Source: Haliotis rufescens (Eukaryota). Taken from it: DNA of 64,000 nucleotides. A program made the translations under genes and the position numbers. The stretch's first letter is position 1, and every line of letters starts with the position of its first letter. Positions 48,295 through 62,246 of this stretch are shown in pieces. The DNA is taken from positions 35,340,001 through 35,404,000 of the forward strand of contig NW_025963824.1 in NCBI RefSeq assembly GCF_023055435.1, given 5' to 3'. The notes below the pieces were generated by a model. The model made no database searches. It was not told the DNA's origin and saw only the letters and a program-made list of their open reading frames with translations.

Positions 48295-48954
48295 AGGTGA
48301 GGTGAGGTGAGGTGAGGTGAGGTGGGGTGGGGTGGGGTGGGGTGGGGTGGGGTGGGGTGAGGTGAGGTGAGGTGAGGTGAGGTGAGGTGAGGTGTGGTGA
48401 GGTGTGGTGAGGTGGGGTTGGGTGGGGTGAGGAGAGGTGGGGTGGGGTTGGGTGGGGTGAGGTTAGGTGTGGTGTGGTGGGGTGGGGTGGGGTGGGGTGA
48501 GGTTAGGTGTGGTGTGGTGTGGTGAGGTGGGGTTGGGTGGGATGGGGTGAGGTGAGGTGGGGTGGGGTGGGGTGAGGTGAGGTGAGGTGGATTGGGCTGT
48601 GAGGTGAGGTGAGGTGAGGCGGGATTTAACGACGCGATCAAGATTATTGCACTCATATAGCGACGTGTGTGTGAGTGTTTGTATGACTGCTTGTACTAGT
48701 CCGGACTAATGCCTTTTTTGTAGTGCTAACCCACTGAGATACCATGCCGCAGTTTAACATGGATACCCCACTCACACCCACTATAGTTACTGCGAGCCGA
48801 CCAGTCCTTGTTTTATCCACTTAATGCCGAGCGCCAGACAAGGTAACAACAAGTACCATCTTTTAACGTATTTTGGAATGACGCGGTCGGAGATCGAACC
48901 CCGGACTTTCCACTCTCCGGGCAGACACTGTCTCCTCTACACCACAGAGGCGGT
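48295..48954 (-). mobile_element. SINE family B, full length, with about 325-bp expanded pentanucleotide tail
   Basis: Body 48620-48954; (GGTGA/GGTGG/GGTGT)n 48295-48620; imperfect TSD agatgttctcgga / agatgtcttcgga. Confidence 0.9.
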
Positions 48955-49166
48955 CAGATGTCTTCGGATTGCCCCCTGGCATTCTGGGAAAATATACCAG
49001 AGATCAAAAGCTGAAATAGTTGGCACCAGATGTCATACTTACGTAATGGCGTCTTTGAATTAGTGGCCCAGAATATACTTTAAGAACAAGAGCGTCATGA
49101 CATGATAATGGAATAATCGCTAAAATGTGAGAAAAACAACAACAAAAAACAACAATAATGACAGTC

Positions 49167-49345
49167 TGTTTGTTTGTTGTTCAACACACACTCAGAAATA
49201 TATCCAGCTAAATAAATGACGGCGGTCGGTTGATAAGCGAGGATGGGTCCAACAATGCAGTGACTGACATCATGAGCATCGATCTACGCAGTTGGGATTC
49301 GATGCATCAACCAAGTCACCGAGTCTGACCACCCGATCCATTGAG
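49167..49345 (-). mobile_element. Family C, 5'-truncated
   Basis: gacatcatgagcatcgatctacgcagttggga...catcaaccaagtca..tgaccacccgatcc. Confidence 0.75.
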
Positions 49346-49707
49346 TTGCTGCAAAGGATGCTGGGAACTATATATATATATATATTCTTACGCGGAGTCA
49401 CCACGATCCCAGCTCTTCTGATATCCAGACTTCGATACAGTGTAAGACCAAACTCACTCACTCACTCTTCGAATGACTCTCTACGTGGTATTACCAGTAA
49501 CGGATCTGTTTGCCTGAGGACTTCTTTGTGTTTACTATTTAAGTATGTCTGTCTTTTTAAAATTACCAAAATTGGAATCGAGTAAGGTAGATATTATTGT
49601 ATCCATGGAAACCAGAGGCAACTACAGTGTTCAATGTGTATCGGTTGGTCAAAATGGCTATTGATTGCGGATAGAAGAGACCAGGCCCTATCGCTCTAAC
49701 ACTATCG

Positions 49708-49850
49708 AGAGTGAGTATGTTTTTATACCGCTTTGAGCAATATTCCTACAATATCATGGCGGGGGACACCAGAAAGTGGCTTCACACGTTGTACCCATGT
49801 TAGCCTTGGGGGTGATGAGCAAACGATTGTACCACTAGGCTCCCCACCGT
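49708..49850 (-). mobile_element. SINE family A, diverged
   Basis: gcgggggacaccagaaagtggcttcacacgttgtacccatgt...accactaggct. Confidence 0.8.
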
Positions 49851-50077
49851 CTGACAATGTCGAGACACACATCGACTATTCAAAACGACTCTAGTATACA
49901 GATAACGCCACAGTTTGAGGAAGCTGTTATGAGTTATCTACATGGACGGGTGATGAACCTTACATGCATTTATTCATTGGACTGGAGGCCGAGTTTGTCT
50001 TCAAACGAAAAAAATGGCATACGGAAGTCCCGTTATCGCCATTAGACGCAGCATGTAAACTGGGAGCTGTAATATGT

Positions 50078-50195
50078 GTTCTGTGAGTTGTGATCTGTGA
50101 GTTGTGATCTATGATCTGTGATCTGTGATCTGTGAGTTGTGAGTTGTGATCTGTGATCTGTGATCTGTGATCTGTGAGTTGTGATCTGTGATCTG
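50078..50195. repeat. 7-bp microsatellite (gatctgt/gagttgt)
   Basis: Direct inspection. Confidence 0.9.
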
Positions 50196-53100
50196 GTCTT
50201 TGAATTATTCTAACATCCAGGGAGTCAAGGGATCATTGCATATGCTGACTGCTGCAGTTGCTGTGTAACTCCCTCCGTTACTAACACTGATGAGCCATCA
50301 CAAACACATCGTCCGCAATATGCACATGTAGATATATTCAAAAGTCCTTTTTCTTTGAAAGACATGATTTAAATTTGCATATTCAAAAGATACATTTTGC
50401 TTCAGCGTATTGGCTATGTGCAATAGTATTGAGACTACCATTAGATTAGATATTTGGTTAGGAGGAATAGTAATGTCATTCCAAACTATGTTTGTGGATT
50501 TAAAACAAGGTTTAGTGTACCAAATAAAAATGTCATCGAATTCGATATTTTACATAAAGTAGTCAATGTTTCAATATCTTCAGATTATTATTCAAGGTGT
50601 AGTTCTAAACGTATCATAGATGAAAATATTCCACTTCTTGCCATGTGCACTGGTATATTTTAATAAAAAAACGTGCCACAATCAATGCCGTCCATGTTGA
50701 CGCCTGTCAATCACAGCAGCTGATCACTGACAGGCATGCATTTCATTAGAGACACAGCGCAACACAGCTAGTATCGCTAACTCCACATGCATGCTGGGAT
50801 CGATATGTGACCTCTGACCCCCGTGCTTACAGCAATACGGATCAATATTCTGGAATGGCAACGTGTTGTAGCACTGAGAGCTCCACAGCAGTGTCTTGTT
50901 GAACACTAGAGTAAATATACATCCCCAGACACCAAGCGGGTATTCATCGCAACACGCTCTACCCTTCAGACAGGAAACGCTGTTCGGAGCCAAGTGAACC
51001 AGTGACAACGCACCGTGATTTGTTCATGACTAGAAGAATTCGTGAATCGCCCTTGGTTAAATGAGAGTGTTAACATAAGTTTGACTTCTTTCAAACGGGG
51101 AATTAATCAGCTGATCGTTTTGTCATCGGAAACTTGAGAAACACGTTGGATGAAATATAACTGAGTAACGACGACATTCAAATGTCGATAAACGCATGCG
51201 TCTTGAAACTGCAACGGAAACCTCACACTGAATATTTGTGGGGGACAAATCGTAAATCGAACTGACATGGGGTGTGTTTATTCTGATTCGGAAGATTTAA
51301 AAAAAACTTGAAACAGTCCTCACATCTTACCGGTAATCAACTTCAGTGTGCGTATTCGTAAATAGTCTACCTGTGATCACAAATGGTACAGATAGCGTGT
51401 TTGCATTGGCGGTCGATGGGATCGAAAATGGACAGATCGACCAGCGGTGAGCTTTAACTCGTCACGGTTCGACGTTCTGACAGGGAACGTGTTTCAGCGA
51501 CCAGGGATGATCTGAGTGCAATCCGACCATTAGGAGCCGGTGGTGTTCCGGAATATCTACAGACGGGTCTAAGACTTTCAGGAACAAGTCCGTCAGTGTA
51601 ATGCCTAGTCTCGACTGTTCGCGTCCTACTTCTATGGTTACCTATATGGCAGAAGTCAACGCTGCTTGTTGAAGTGCTTGTCTATCTCTGCCTGATGGCA
51701 ACACAAGGGTGGATTCATCGATTGAACCTAGTCAACCTTTAGCGAGAGCGGAAAACAAAGCAGATCTTCGTCAGGCAGTCGTCCCTCGTGTACATGACGC
51801 TTCCTGCCATTCCCACTGGATTTGTACAACCTTGATTTTCCGAGTATTTGTGACGATTTGGGGGGCATCTGAACTGAACATCTGTTTTAATAACTGAATT
51901 TGTTGAGGTGGTCCAATCGTCTTAACTGATAAAAAATATTACATAAAAAAATATTATCAGTTTGAGAAAGTAGCGTTGTTTGGATAATACAGAGTGAAAT
52001 ATATCCACTTAATTGGGATATATGAACGTGATTTGAGAAATGTTGTGCCACGTCGTACGACAGAGTTTCTAATGATCTCCAGCTGAACTCCCCGAGGAGG
52101 ATACCTCATTCCTGCGGATCCGGTCAAGGTGAGTGATCGAGGCATCTTACATTCCGAGACCTGAAATCACTCGATGAACAGATTCTGTTCAATATCAGGA
52201 ACAACTGCCCAAGAATGTTTATCTGCAGTTGACTGTTTTTGTGCTTGTTCGTCTCACTCGTGACTAGCATCCTTGTTGATCAGCCATGTGTTTGTATTTG
52301 TAATAAGTTAATTTAAATCACCAATTAAATACACTCCGGACACCGCGCAGCGGAACCGGTAGTTGAATATTTCACAATGAAAACAAACCGGTTATGTATA
52401 AGCAGAGATAAGGAAATACACCAGCCTCACCAGAAATTCAAAACATCGTTTTTTAAGTCAATACACGTACAAAGAATGTGTTTTGCGGGAGTGATATTCT
52501 TAAAATATTAATGAACGTTTAGACGTGTGTACAACAGACACACCTGCTATACGCCTACACTGTTATACAAATTGATAACGTATCGAACTGGAAGATTGAT
52601 TTTGCATCCCTTAATCTAATTAGAACAAGATTTCAACTTTCAAATAGGGCTGTGTTTTACCTTTAAAACAATTCTATCATCATGATTGAAGTTTCCAGAG
52701 ACAAACGGTCGATGTGATGTGTGTATACTTGACTGTACCTGGCATTGTCGGGGAGCCGAGGGAGGTTAAGTACCTTGCCGGGTGGTTTGCATCTTGTAGC
52801 ATCCCTAATCAATATAATATATCGATGTGAGATACACCCAAGGTCCGCTTTTGTCTCGCTTCAAACGCACTTTGTGTTGTACATTTCGCCGCTTCCGTGT
52901 ACCTATAAAACCTATCTATCTTAAGAATTTTATGATTATTTAGTTTTGAAAGACCCATCTGAAAATCGTTATCCTATATATGTACGGGCCGAGTCGTTTT
53001 ATTCTGACGCAGTGTTTGGTATGTAACGTTGTCACAACGACATACGTGGATGTGTTGATACAGAAGCCGGCTTGACACTTGATTCTGCCTGCTGGACCAG

Positions 53101-53202
53101 TGCTTTTACTGCTGATGCGTGGAATGATCAGAGCTGTTTAAAAATAATATTGTTTTGAATGATTTTTGTGATTGTGTTTCATATGAAGTACAGTACACAT
53201 GT

Positions 53203-53596
53203 CGATGATGATGATGATGATGATGATGATAATGATGGTGATGATGATGATGGGGGAGGATGATGATGGGGGGAGGAGGAGGGTGATAGTCACGATTGCT
53301 ATGTCTGTTTTGGTTTTTATTATATTTTGTATATTTAGGCAACAAACACATACTTTTTTATTCAGATTGTGTGCGTGGCGGTGTCACCGGTAGGGAAGAC
53401 ATGCCAGCACGTGGCACGAGCACCTGGTGTTCCCACGGATTTTCAGTTATCTATACATATACTTTTGACCGATATTTTGCCTTTTATGCCACATGAAATC
53501 GAGACTTTTTTCTCTGGCGTCGACGTTAAATATTTGTTGATGATAAAGGAAGTCGTGACAATGACGATGGCGATATTGTTGATGAGGCTAGTCGTG

Positions 53597-53627
<31 letters not shown>
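53203..53627. repeat. Two (GAT)n tracts (53203-53270 and 53596-53627)
   Basis: Direct inspection. Confidence 0.85.
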
Positions 53628-53628
<1 letters not shown>

Positions 53629-56600
53629 GCGTGTTAAAGATGACGTGTTTTGAATAACCGGAAGAAACAGCCAGAAAGTTATACATGACTTTTATAACGA
53701 TGATAATTGTTCTGAATAATAAGCTGATTTCTTGAAAATTTCATTCCGCACAAATCTATGACGTTGACACAAAGACAATTTGTTAGTATTAGATTTTTCA
53801 AGTTCGAATCCATAATCGCATTATTTTTTTAACTGTAAGACAAATGTATAGTGTCTTCCTAAGCCAAGAGAAGCCGGATCTCAGACAAGATGGCTCTCTC
53901 GCTTCATCAAGACCTCCTATATATTTCAACACCTTAGATCTTCAAAGGCCTATTTTCTCCCATTTTGTCCGTTTTTTTCTTACATCGATTCATGACACTA
54001 AGTCGCTAATAGCGCCCATTGTCCCGTCCCCGCGTGGGATCTTCTTGGTTTTGTGCCTGATTACAGAACTGTGAGTACAGGCCCTTGCCGGAGCTTGACT
54101 TGAAGCTTTTCGCCCGTGTCGCTGTGATGCACGACATGTGTGGCCGCCCTGTTATTGTCCAGCTCAGGTCTTTTTTAATATTTCCCGGTATTTGTTTTTC
54201 ACGGGGTGTATGTCTTGTGTCACTGTAAATTATTGGTAAAGAAAAACGAATTTTGTGAGCCGTCAAGAAGAGTAAGATTAGTTGCTGCAAAAATAATATT
54301 TTATTCTTGGTTTGCCCTGCAATAGAAAATTTAAATATATTAAAATGACAACTCTTGCAAACATTCGTGTGTTCACCCTGAAATGGATTATAATTATGTT
54401 GCCGGCCAACAGAAAGTATACACCCATGTTTGATGGTGGCTGACAGGGAGAAGCAAGAAATAGTTTTCCAATGGTGATGTGATTGATACGGGTGTCATGG
54501 TTGTGTTTTGTTCCTCATGTTTGCTGTGATTCAGCGACTGTTTCCAGCCTGGTAACATTTTGATAACGTTTGCTTTCTTTTTTTCCCGGCTGTTTATGTA
54601 GGAATATCTTAGCATTGACGAAGAAATAAAAAGACTTCTGTGTAAGCTGTTGACACTTACCCTTAACATTACTATGATCAAATTGTAAAATACAGTTCAT
54701 AGATTGAGTAAACATTAACAAATTTCCACATGTAACAAATTGGGCTAATTCTTGTTCATCATACTTTGGTATTAGGGTTGTGTTTTTAAGAAAACATATG
54801 TTATAATTTTGTTTTCAAACATATTATGCTACATGGTGTAACGGTGTTTGAATGATGGAAAGCCGGATCAAACGCTGGAACTTGGTCATTCAGAGCGGTA
54901 GTCAAACGTGATCCTATGTGTACCAATACAACAATATATTGATAATAATAAGCATTAACAAAACAGTGTAGATATAAACTGCTACAGGGACGGGTTACGG
55001 TGTGTAGAAGTGATATTGCACTGACACAGGATACACATATACAGATATATACGGGATGAACTCCGGAAACAGCAAACGCAATATATCATCACATTCTGGT
55101 TGGTCGGTAGTTTCAGGTGTTTGCACCTAAACATAAATTTAAATATAACTAACTTTTCAACAATTGATCCCTAATTAAGTGAAATCGCAATGATTTTCCT
55201 TTAGGTGAATTATTATTTCAATTTTGCAGTGTCAGTTTTGTTTGATTCTTGCTCTGACAATGATATTCCTATGAGAACGTATTTTCTTACAACTGATTAA
55301 GTCAACACTGGAGAGCACTACAGAGCAGCAAGTGGCTAAAAAAACTCTTTTAGTTGAAAGAGCGCAAAACGCAAAGTTAGAATACAAAACAGTTTGGTTT
55401 GATGTTGATGACGACGTGTTTAGGCGAAATCTGCCAATCCCTTTGAAAACCATTCCATGTAGAAATTCCTTCACCAACCGTCACACATTCGCCACTTGAG
55501 ATCAGACTAGCATGTCAAACCTGACCTTGCGTTTACTTAATAGAGGGTTTGTAGTTCGGGACCGCTTACCCTTTCTCAAGCTACCCAAAGTTGGCGCTGT
55601 ACTGAATCATGTCGCGCGGTCAAATCTCGCTCACGTGTTAATTAGCGGCGCCCCTCGAGATTTGCCCACTGAATGATTCATGTATCGAATGAATTGTAAT
55701 TTGATTCAGTGTTATAGGTCTGTGTGTTTTGTGGCAGTTTATATCAGAAAATAAAACAGATTTCTTGGATGATGCGTCTTTACCTTCGTGACCATTTATG
55801 GCATCGCTAGGTGAGTTGATCACTCCCATGTATCCAATATTGACTTTAACTAATTCACTTACACAGTCTCGGGCTGTCGTGTTTGCGTAATTATCCGTCA
55901 ATAGATGCAGCCATATTAGATTAAGTAAATATGAATATGGATTCAGTCATCGTGGACATGAATGAACTGCGTGGAATGGTTCATCCGGGTCGACCAAACT
56001 GAACTACAGCGGAGACACAGGACCATATGGTCATAGAAATCTTACCGTCAATCGAAATTCACATTGTCTTGATAGAATAAAAATTCAAAATATGGCCCCA
56101 AAGGAATCTGCGAGCGTCAGCGTGTCTCAACGGCCTGCTTTCTTATGATTGATGGGTTTTTTTTCGATTGATGACAGCCCCCATTACAATGTCGGTAATT
56201 CCGTAGGAAAACTCATCTCTTGAAGCTTATGTTTCCTTAAGAAAACAACCATGTTTTTGCAACAGGTGGGGTAAGATAGGGGTAGGGTTTCACGTTTCCG
56301 CGAACACCTGGTACCATCACTATTTGATTGTGATTCATAAACACATGCTCATGATATAGTCGGAATAGTACCATCGACTCCTGTTTTGGCAGAGATTTCT
56401 TATGAATATTGAAAGGATTTGTCACTTTTAATTACCGACGAGTGAAAGGAGTTCAGAAAATATTATCCAAGTTGCGATTACATATGCTTTTAAATATTCA
56501 AATATTTTTTTCTAAATATCATGTCAAGACTTATGTACATTTGAAATTCCCGAGCCTGGTCTATTTCAAATTCCGACATGTATGTATCGTGCGAGATGTT

Positions 56601-57143
56601 TGAATATCTTTCACATTAAATCGTTGATTATTAATCAGAAACATGACATGAAAAGCTTCAAAAATTCCGTTATTATATCGCTGAATTATGCCTATCTCTC
56701 TACCATGCCAATGTTAGTCCCGAGATAGACTTTCGTCAAACTTGCATGATATGGAGAAATATCTCATTCACAAACGCTCTCCGTATTGTACAATATTTAT
56801 GACATAAGAATTGAATAATTCATCTTTATGGTTTCATACTTTGATATGCATTTAATAGGCGCCGTTCTGGCGAGGTTTTCCTGGGGGAGAGTGGTAAATG
56901 TACCTGAGTCACGGAACGATCTCTATCACCAATGGGTGGTCCAGTTAGAGGGGTCAGAGGTCAGCAGATTTATGCGATAGGCTCTGTTCGTATCTTCTTC
57001 CTGCTACTGAGGCTACACCATAAAACAATGACTAATATAAATGTATGTAGATGAATATTTCATATGCTATATTTCATAATATAGCATCGGAACATTTGTA
57101 AATATTGAACCAGGTTTGGCAGATAGGGCCAAGATCTGATTCA

Positions 57144-57425
57144 CGAGTGAGGCAGATGGGTTTAACGCCGCTTTGAACAGTATTCCTGTTATATCCCGGC
57201 GCGTCAGTTTAATGTGGGAGGAAAGCCCGAAGTAATGCAGGTAACTTGTTCACCACGGTCGTGAGCTCGTGACTACAGGTGTGACTTGAGCTCGTGACTA
57301 CAGGTGTGACTTGTGCTCGTGACTACAGGTGTGACTTGAGCTCGTGACTACAGGTGTGACTTGTGCTCGTGACTACAGGTGTGGTGCTGACAAATCTAGA
57401 AAGTATTCAGGGCGAATCTGAGATT
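57144..57425 (-). mobile_element. SINE family D carrying an internal 25-bp tandem array (gwgctcgtgactacaggtgtgactt, about 5 copies, 57263-57382)
   Basis: taatgtgggaggaaagcccgaagtaatgcagg on one side and ggtgctgacaaatctagaaa on the other. Confidence 0.8.
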
Positions 57426-58260
57426 CGAAAACAAGTTCGGCCATTGAAATCTGGCCCGTCTTTGAAGCGTAAAGCACTTAGGCTCCGCCACCAACAAAGG
57501 TGTGGGTGAATGTTGTTTTACGTCATTTAAATAATGTTTCAGAACCATGGCAAGGGTTAGACAATGAGAGTATTCTGGCCACAGCTGCAAGACTTAAAAT
57601 TTCATGTTTATACAACACGGTGTGGAATCGTTGAACGGCTTATCTGAATAACACCCTCCATGTTTAATGGCTTACACAAGAAACGAAGCAAACACGTACG
57701 CACGGCAAGAGAATATTTAATAGTTTTTTTGTAGAAAAATTGCAGAATATGTCAATTGAAATGTGCACACTAGATGCATATGTGCGACATTAACCAGCAC
57801 GCCCATAGCTGTGCACATACGACTGGTACTACCAAGTGTTCTCTGTGCTATTTAATGTGATAAATTCAACAATGCTGTTGTTTTGATGATATCACTGTCA
57901 AGTTACATTATTGATAAGTATTCTTCATTTAGATAGCTTTTATGATTGTCGCTGCACTGATTTAACCCTTTTTGATTATACTGAACGTTGAAAGAAAGTA
58001 CACAGAAAGTCAGCAGACCTGTGATCCCGTGGAACGGATTGCGCTGAAGGCATTGAACGAATTATTATTTGTTCAATCACTTCAAATGTAAATGATATCA
58101 TTCGTTCAATACATTTTTAAGAATGCTTGACAACGGTATGATCATCTATATCAAAACATCGTCGTTACGGTAAATAAAGAAGTTGTTATCCATAAATTAT
58201 CTCTTCTTTGATATGTTTAAGAATAACTTCTTTCTGACCAAACAGCTAGTTCCTCAGAAC

Positions 58261-58423
58261 GAGTGAGTGAGTATGGTCTTACGCCGCTTGTAGCAATATT
58301 CCAGCAATATGACGGTGGGGGACACCAGAAATGGACTTCACACATAGTACCCACGTCGGGAATCGAACCCGGGTCTTTGGCGTGAAGAGCGAACACTGTA
58401 ATCACTTGGCTACCCGACCGCCC
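58261..58423 (-). mobile_element. SINE family A, full length
   Basis: Colinear with the 43010 copy; short imperfect TSD ctyagaacg. Confidence 0.92.
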
Positions 58424-58695
58424 TCTTAGAACGGACTGAGTTGTCTTACTTCAACATGTCGTTCATATTTGAAAGAGGATTGATAATAGGTAGATAATAT
58501 GTTATATAATATATGATATATCTTATTATGAGCAAATCATTCTCAGTTTCAGTTGTAACGATGAAAATGTCGAATTTCAGTGACTATTGTGCCCAATTAA
58601 AGTAAAGGGTTCACTAAATAACACAGAATTAACTGATATTGTTACAGTACACAGTATTACATACTTGTGGGCTCAATTGTGCTAGCACTGTTAAA

Positions 58696-58824
58696 NNNNN
58701 NNNNNNNNNNNNNNNNNNNNNNNNNNNNNNNNNNNNNNNNNNNNNNNNNNNNNNNNNNNNNNNNNNNNNNNNNNNNNNNNNNNNNNNNNNNNNNNNNNNN
58801 NNNNNNNNNNNNNNNNNNNNNNNN
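58696..58824. other. Assembly gap (129 N)
   Basis: N run. Confidence 1.
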
Positions 58825-58937
58825 CGAAATGCTATTAGCCTCAACGCGACGTTTCAGTTCACCAGGACAAGTTAATTACGTCGTGCTTTCTTTGAGCCCA
58901 TCCCATCACCGATCGACCCTGATACATACCTGTGTAT

Positions 58938-59182
58938 CTACCTAGCTACCATTCAACATCTACATCTATATGTCACACTACCTAGCTACCATTCAACATC
59001 TACATCTATATGTCACACTACCTAGCTACCATTCAACATCTACATCTATATGTCACACTACCTAGCTACCATTCAACATCTACATCTATATGTCACACTG
59101 CCTAGCTACCATTCAACATCTACATCTATATGTCACACTGCCTAGCTACCATTCAACATCTACATCTATATGTCACACTGCC
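58938..59182. repeat. 40-bp tandem repeat (cctagctaccattcaacatctacatctatatgtcacactr), 6 copies
   Basis: Near-perfect units. Confidence 0.95.
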
Positions 59183-59689
59183 AACTACGCGCTGTTCTTT
59201 TCTGTTGGCTTAAGCAATTTGAATGGCAACATTGGCGAAACGCCTTTAAATCAATGGCCGCGATTCTGTGCCCCAAGGGACACTTTACTCTTTTATCACC
59301 TGCTTGGTATTCAGGCGCGGGCCTGTTTAGTGGCATTGCGCAGTTTTTCATTAAGTCGTCTTTGTGCACAGAATATAGTCCATGCATAAAATGCTGTTTT
59401 CCAGTTAATTAACGTATTGTTTGTACAGTGATATGAGCATATAGAGAACGCTACAGGGCGGGAGAAGAAACTATGGTAAATATTTGAAGGCTGCTATATG
59501 TTAGAAGTACTTGTGTCGCGGCAGGGAATGGGGTGGATAACGGAACTCTTTCTGTATCCTCATCCTCATCCTCATGGACTCTGCGTCCCACCCAAATCAC
59601 CTGACCCACCCTTCTCATGAAGGCAGATGATAAGGACTAAGGTCTTTCTATCGCCTTTTCTATCCTTATTTTCAATCCCAGATCTGCTA

Positions 59690-59830
59690 GGGGGTAGTGT
59701 ACTGGTTCAGGTGTTGTCTCGAGACGCCGACAACCTGGGTTCGATTCTCCATGTTCCCTGCAATGTGTGAAGCCCGTCCTCCGTGTCCCTCGCTGTTGTA
59801 GGAGTGTTGCTAGAACCACAGACAAGACCC
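59690..59830 (+). mobile_element. Old family A-related SINE
   Basis: gggttcgattctcc...caatgtgtgaagcccgtcctccgtgtccctcgc. Confidence 0.65.
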
Positions 59831-59847
59831 CAAGGCATCGACTCAAT

Positions 59848-60549
59848 ACACACACACACACGCGAACACAACCACAGAGACAGACACACACACATGCGAA
59901 CACACCCACAGAGACAGACACACACACATGCGAACACACCCGCAGAGACAGACACACACACACACACCCACAGAGACACAGACACACACNNNNNNNNNNN
60001 NNNNNNNNNNNNNNNNNNNNNNNNNNNNNNNNNNNNNNNNNNNNNNNNNNNNNNNNNNNNNNNNNNNNNNNNNNNNNNNNNNNNNNNNNNNNNNNNNNNN
60101 NNNNNNNNNNNNNNNNNNNNNNNNNACAGAGACACACACACACGCGAACACACCCACAGACACATACACACGCGAACACACCAACAGACACACACACACG
60201 CGAACACACCCACAGAGACACACACACACACAGATGCACACACAGACACACGCACACATAGAGAAACAGACACACACACAGACGCACATGCATACAGACA
60301 CACACAGACACACATGCAGACACGGACACACACACAGACGCACATACACACACACAGATACAAAGAGAGAGAGACACACACACAGACACATACCCACACA
60401 GATACAGACATACACACAAACACAGCCACACACTAACATACAGACACAGACACAAACACACAGAGACACACACACAGGGAGACACACACACACAGGGTGA
60501 CACAGACACACACACACAGGGTGACACAGACACACACACACACACACAG
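59848..60549. repeat. Compound (CA)n-rich microsatellite containing a 136-N gap (59990-60125)
   Basis: Direct inspection. Confidence 0.95.
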
Positions 60550-61554
60550 CTCATCCCCATCCTCCTCTTCCCCACCTTCCAGATTGCTATTAAACTTTGC
60601 AGCAAGCGGCGTTGTTGATGTAGTAGAAGTAGCAGTAGTACCAGTAGCCGCATCAATACTAACATCTGCAACAGTAGTAACCGCGCAGTAGCCTCATCTG
60701 CAGCAGTGGCGACATCCCATCTGTAATCCGTCACAGAATACAAACACTAAGAAAAATCAATGAAACTAGCAAAATTAAAACAAGATAGTGAATTCACAAA
60801 CCCGACCAAGTCGTGACAGGGCATAGCACGCCACCCTAAATCTAACTTTACCTTTTAATTCCCCAGGAGAATAATTAGGTAGACATAAACTGCACCTCCA
60901 CATCGAAGCTAAGTCTTGTCAGGATGCCTCAATCCTATCTGACTCTCTTCAAGAGGCACCAACATGCAACAGTAAAATAAATTTTCGTAGTAATGGGCAA
61001 CCAAGTGTAAAATTGACCGCTGCTTGTTCATGTCTTGGAAGCGGGCCGCTCATTGAATAAATACGCAAAGCTTCAGAGAATCCCAAGAGCTGCCTATTTA
61101 CCGCACGTGCTTACTCCGATTGCTTTTAATCCCTTTGAATGGAAACCAAACTGTTTGAAGGCAAAAAATAACACGGGAAATTCTGCGAGAGAAATGTAAC
61201 CGAAGCATGCAAAAGTATCTCATCTTATTTCTGCGATGGCTCTAATTACTGGAACATGGCGTTCTTTGAAGACGTTTCATTTTCGGCGTGTCCACGCTGT
61301 ATTGCTGGTTGTAATCGGTTGTGATTAACAGGGGCCCTAATCTGTATATGTATATACAACCTCCTGTTATGTGTGACTGCACATGTTTCACGGACACGTG
61401 AGTATTCGAGTTTACATGTCACTTTCATATGTTTTCTTTAACCTTGATTTGGTCACGTTCATATTCGATTTAACCGTAGCTTGGTTTTAACCATATTCGA
61501 GTTGTGTGATTCCGTTATGTTAGTGTTTGGATTTGAATAAAATTTTGTCACGTT

Positions 61555-61790
61555 GAGTGAGTTAGTGAATTTGGTTTAACGCCGCTTTGAACAGTGTTTC
61601 AGTATCTGTTTATTGTTTGTTTGTTTGTTGTTTAACGCCGCACTCAGCAGTATTCCAGCAATATGACTGCTTACTGTGAGGAAAGCACGACGTGATGCAG
61701 GTCTCAGACGCTGTCACTTTGGTGAAACCCATAAGCACGGGCGACACTGGAATTCGAACTCACGATCAGATGGGCGCCTAAGGGACGCAA
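61555..61790 (-). mobile_element. SINE family D relic with an embedded family C tail (about 61612-61670)
   Basis: gtgatgcaggtctcagacg, ggtgaaacccataagcacggg, B-box ggaattcgaactc. Confidence 0.6.
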
Positions 61791-61820
61791 CTCTGCACAG
61801 CGAATTGCGGCGATACTTTA

Positions 61821-62076
61821 TGTTTGTTTGTTTGTTTGTTTGTTTGTTTGTTTAACGACGCGATCAGCAATATTCCAGCTGTATGACGGTCTGTAAAAAA
61901 TCGTGTCTGGACCAGACAATCCAGGGATTGACATCATGAGCATCGATCCACGCAATTTGGATACGATGACATGCATCAACCAAGTCAGAGAGCTTGACCA
62001 CCCGATCCCGTTAGTCGCCTCTTACGACAAGCATAGGTTGCTGATGGCCTCTTCTACCCCGGATCTTCACGGATCT
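61821..62076 (-). mobile_element. Family C, full length
   Basis: cccgatcccgttagtcgcctcttacgacaagcat...ttctaccccggatcttcacgg; (GTTT)n tail. Confidence 0.9.
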
Positions 62077-62246
62077 TTACGGATCGTGATATTATGGAAG
62101 ATTTGTTATTTGCCGTGTGTTAGCGATTTCACTCTGCTCGTCACTGCGTACTGGGTAATTGTTTCTTGATATGTGCACGTCACCTTTAGGAGTCGGGAGA
62201 CTCAAATTGATATGATCCATACAATATGGCCTTTGATACCCGTATC

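Noticed and set aside
48264-48656. Pro/His/Thr-rich extensin-like ORF
   Set aside because: Translation of the expanded SINE pentamer tail
59637-60743. Cys-Val and His-Thr ORFs
   Set aside because: (CA)n microsatellite spanning an N gap
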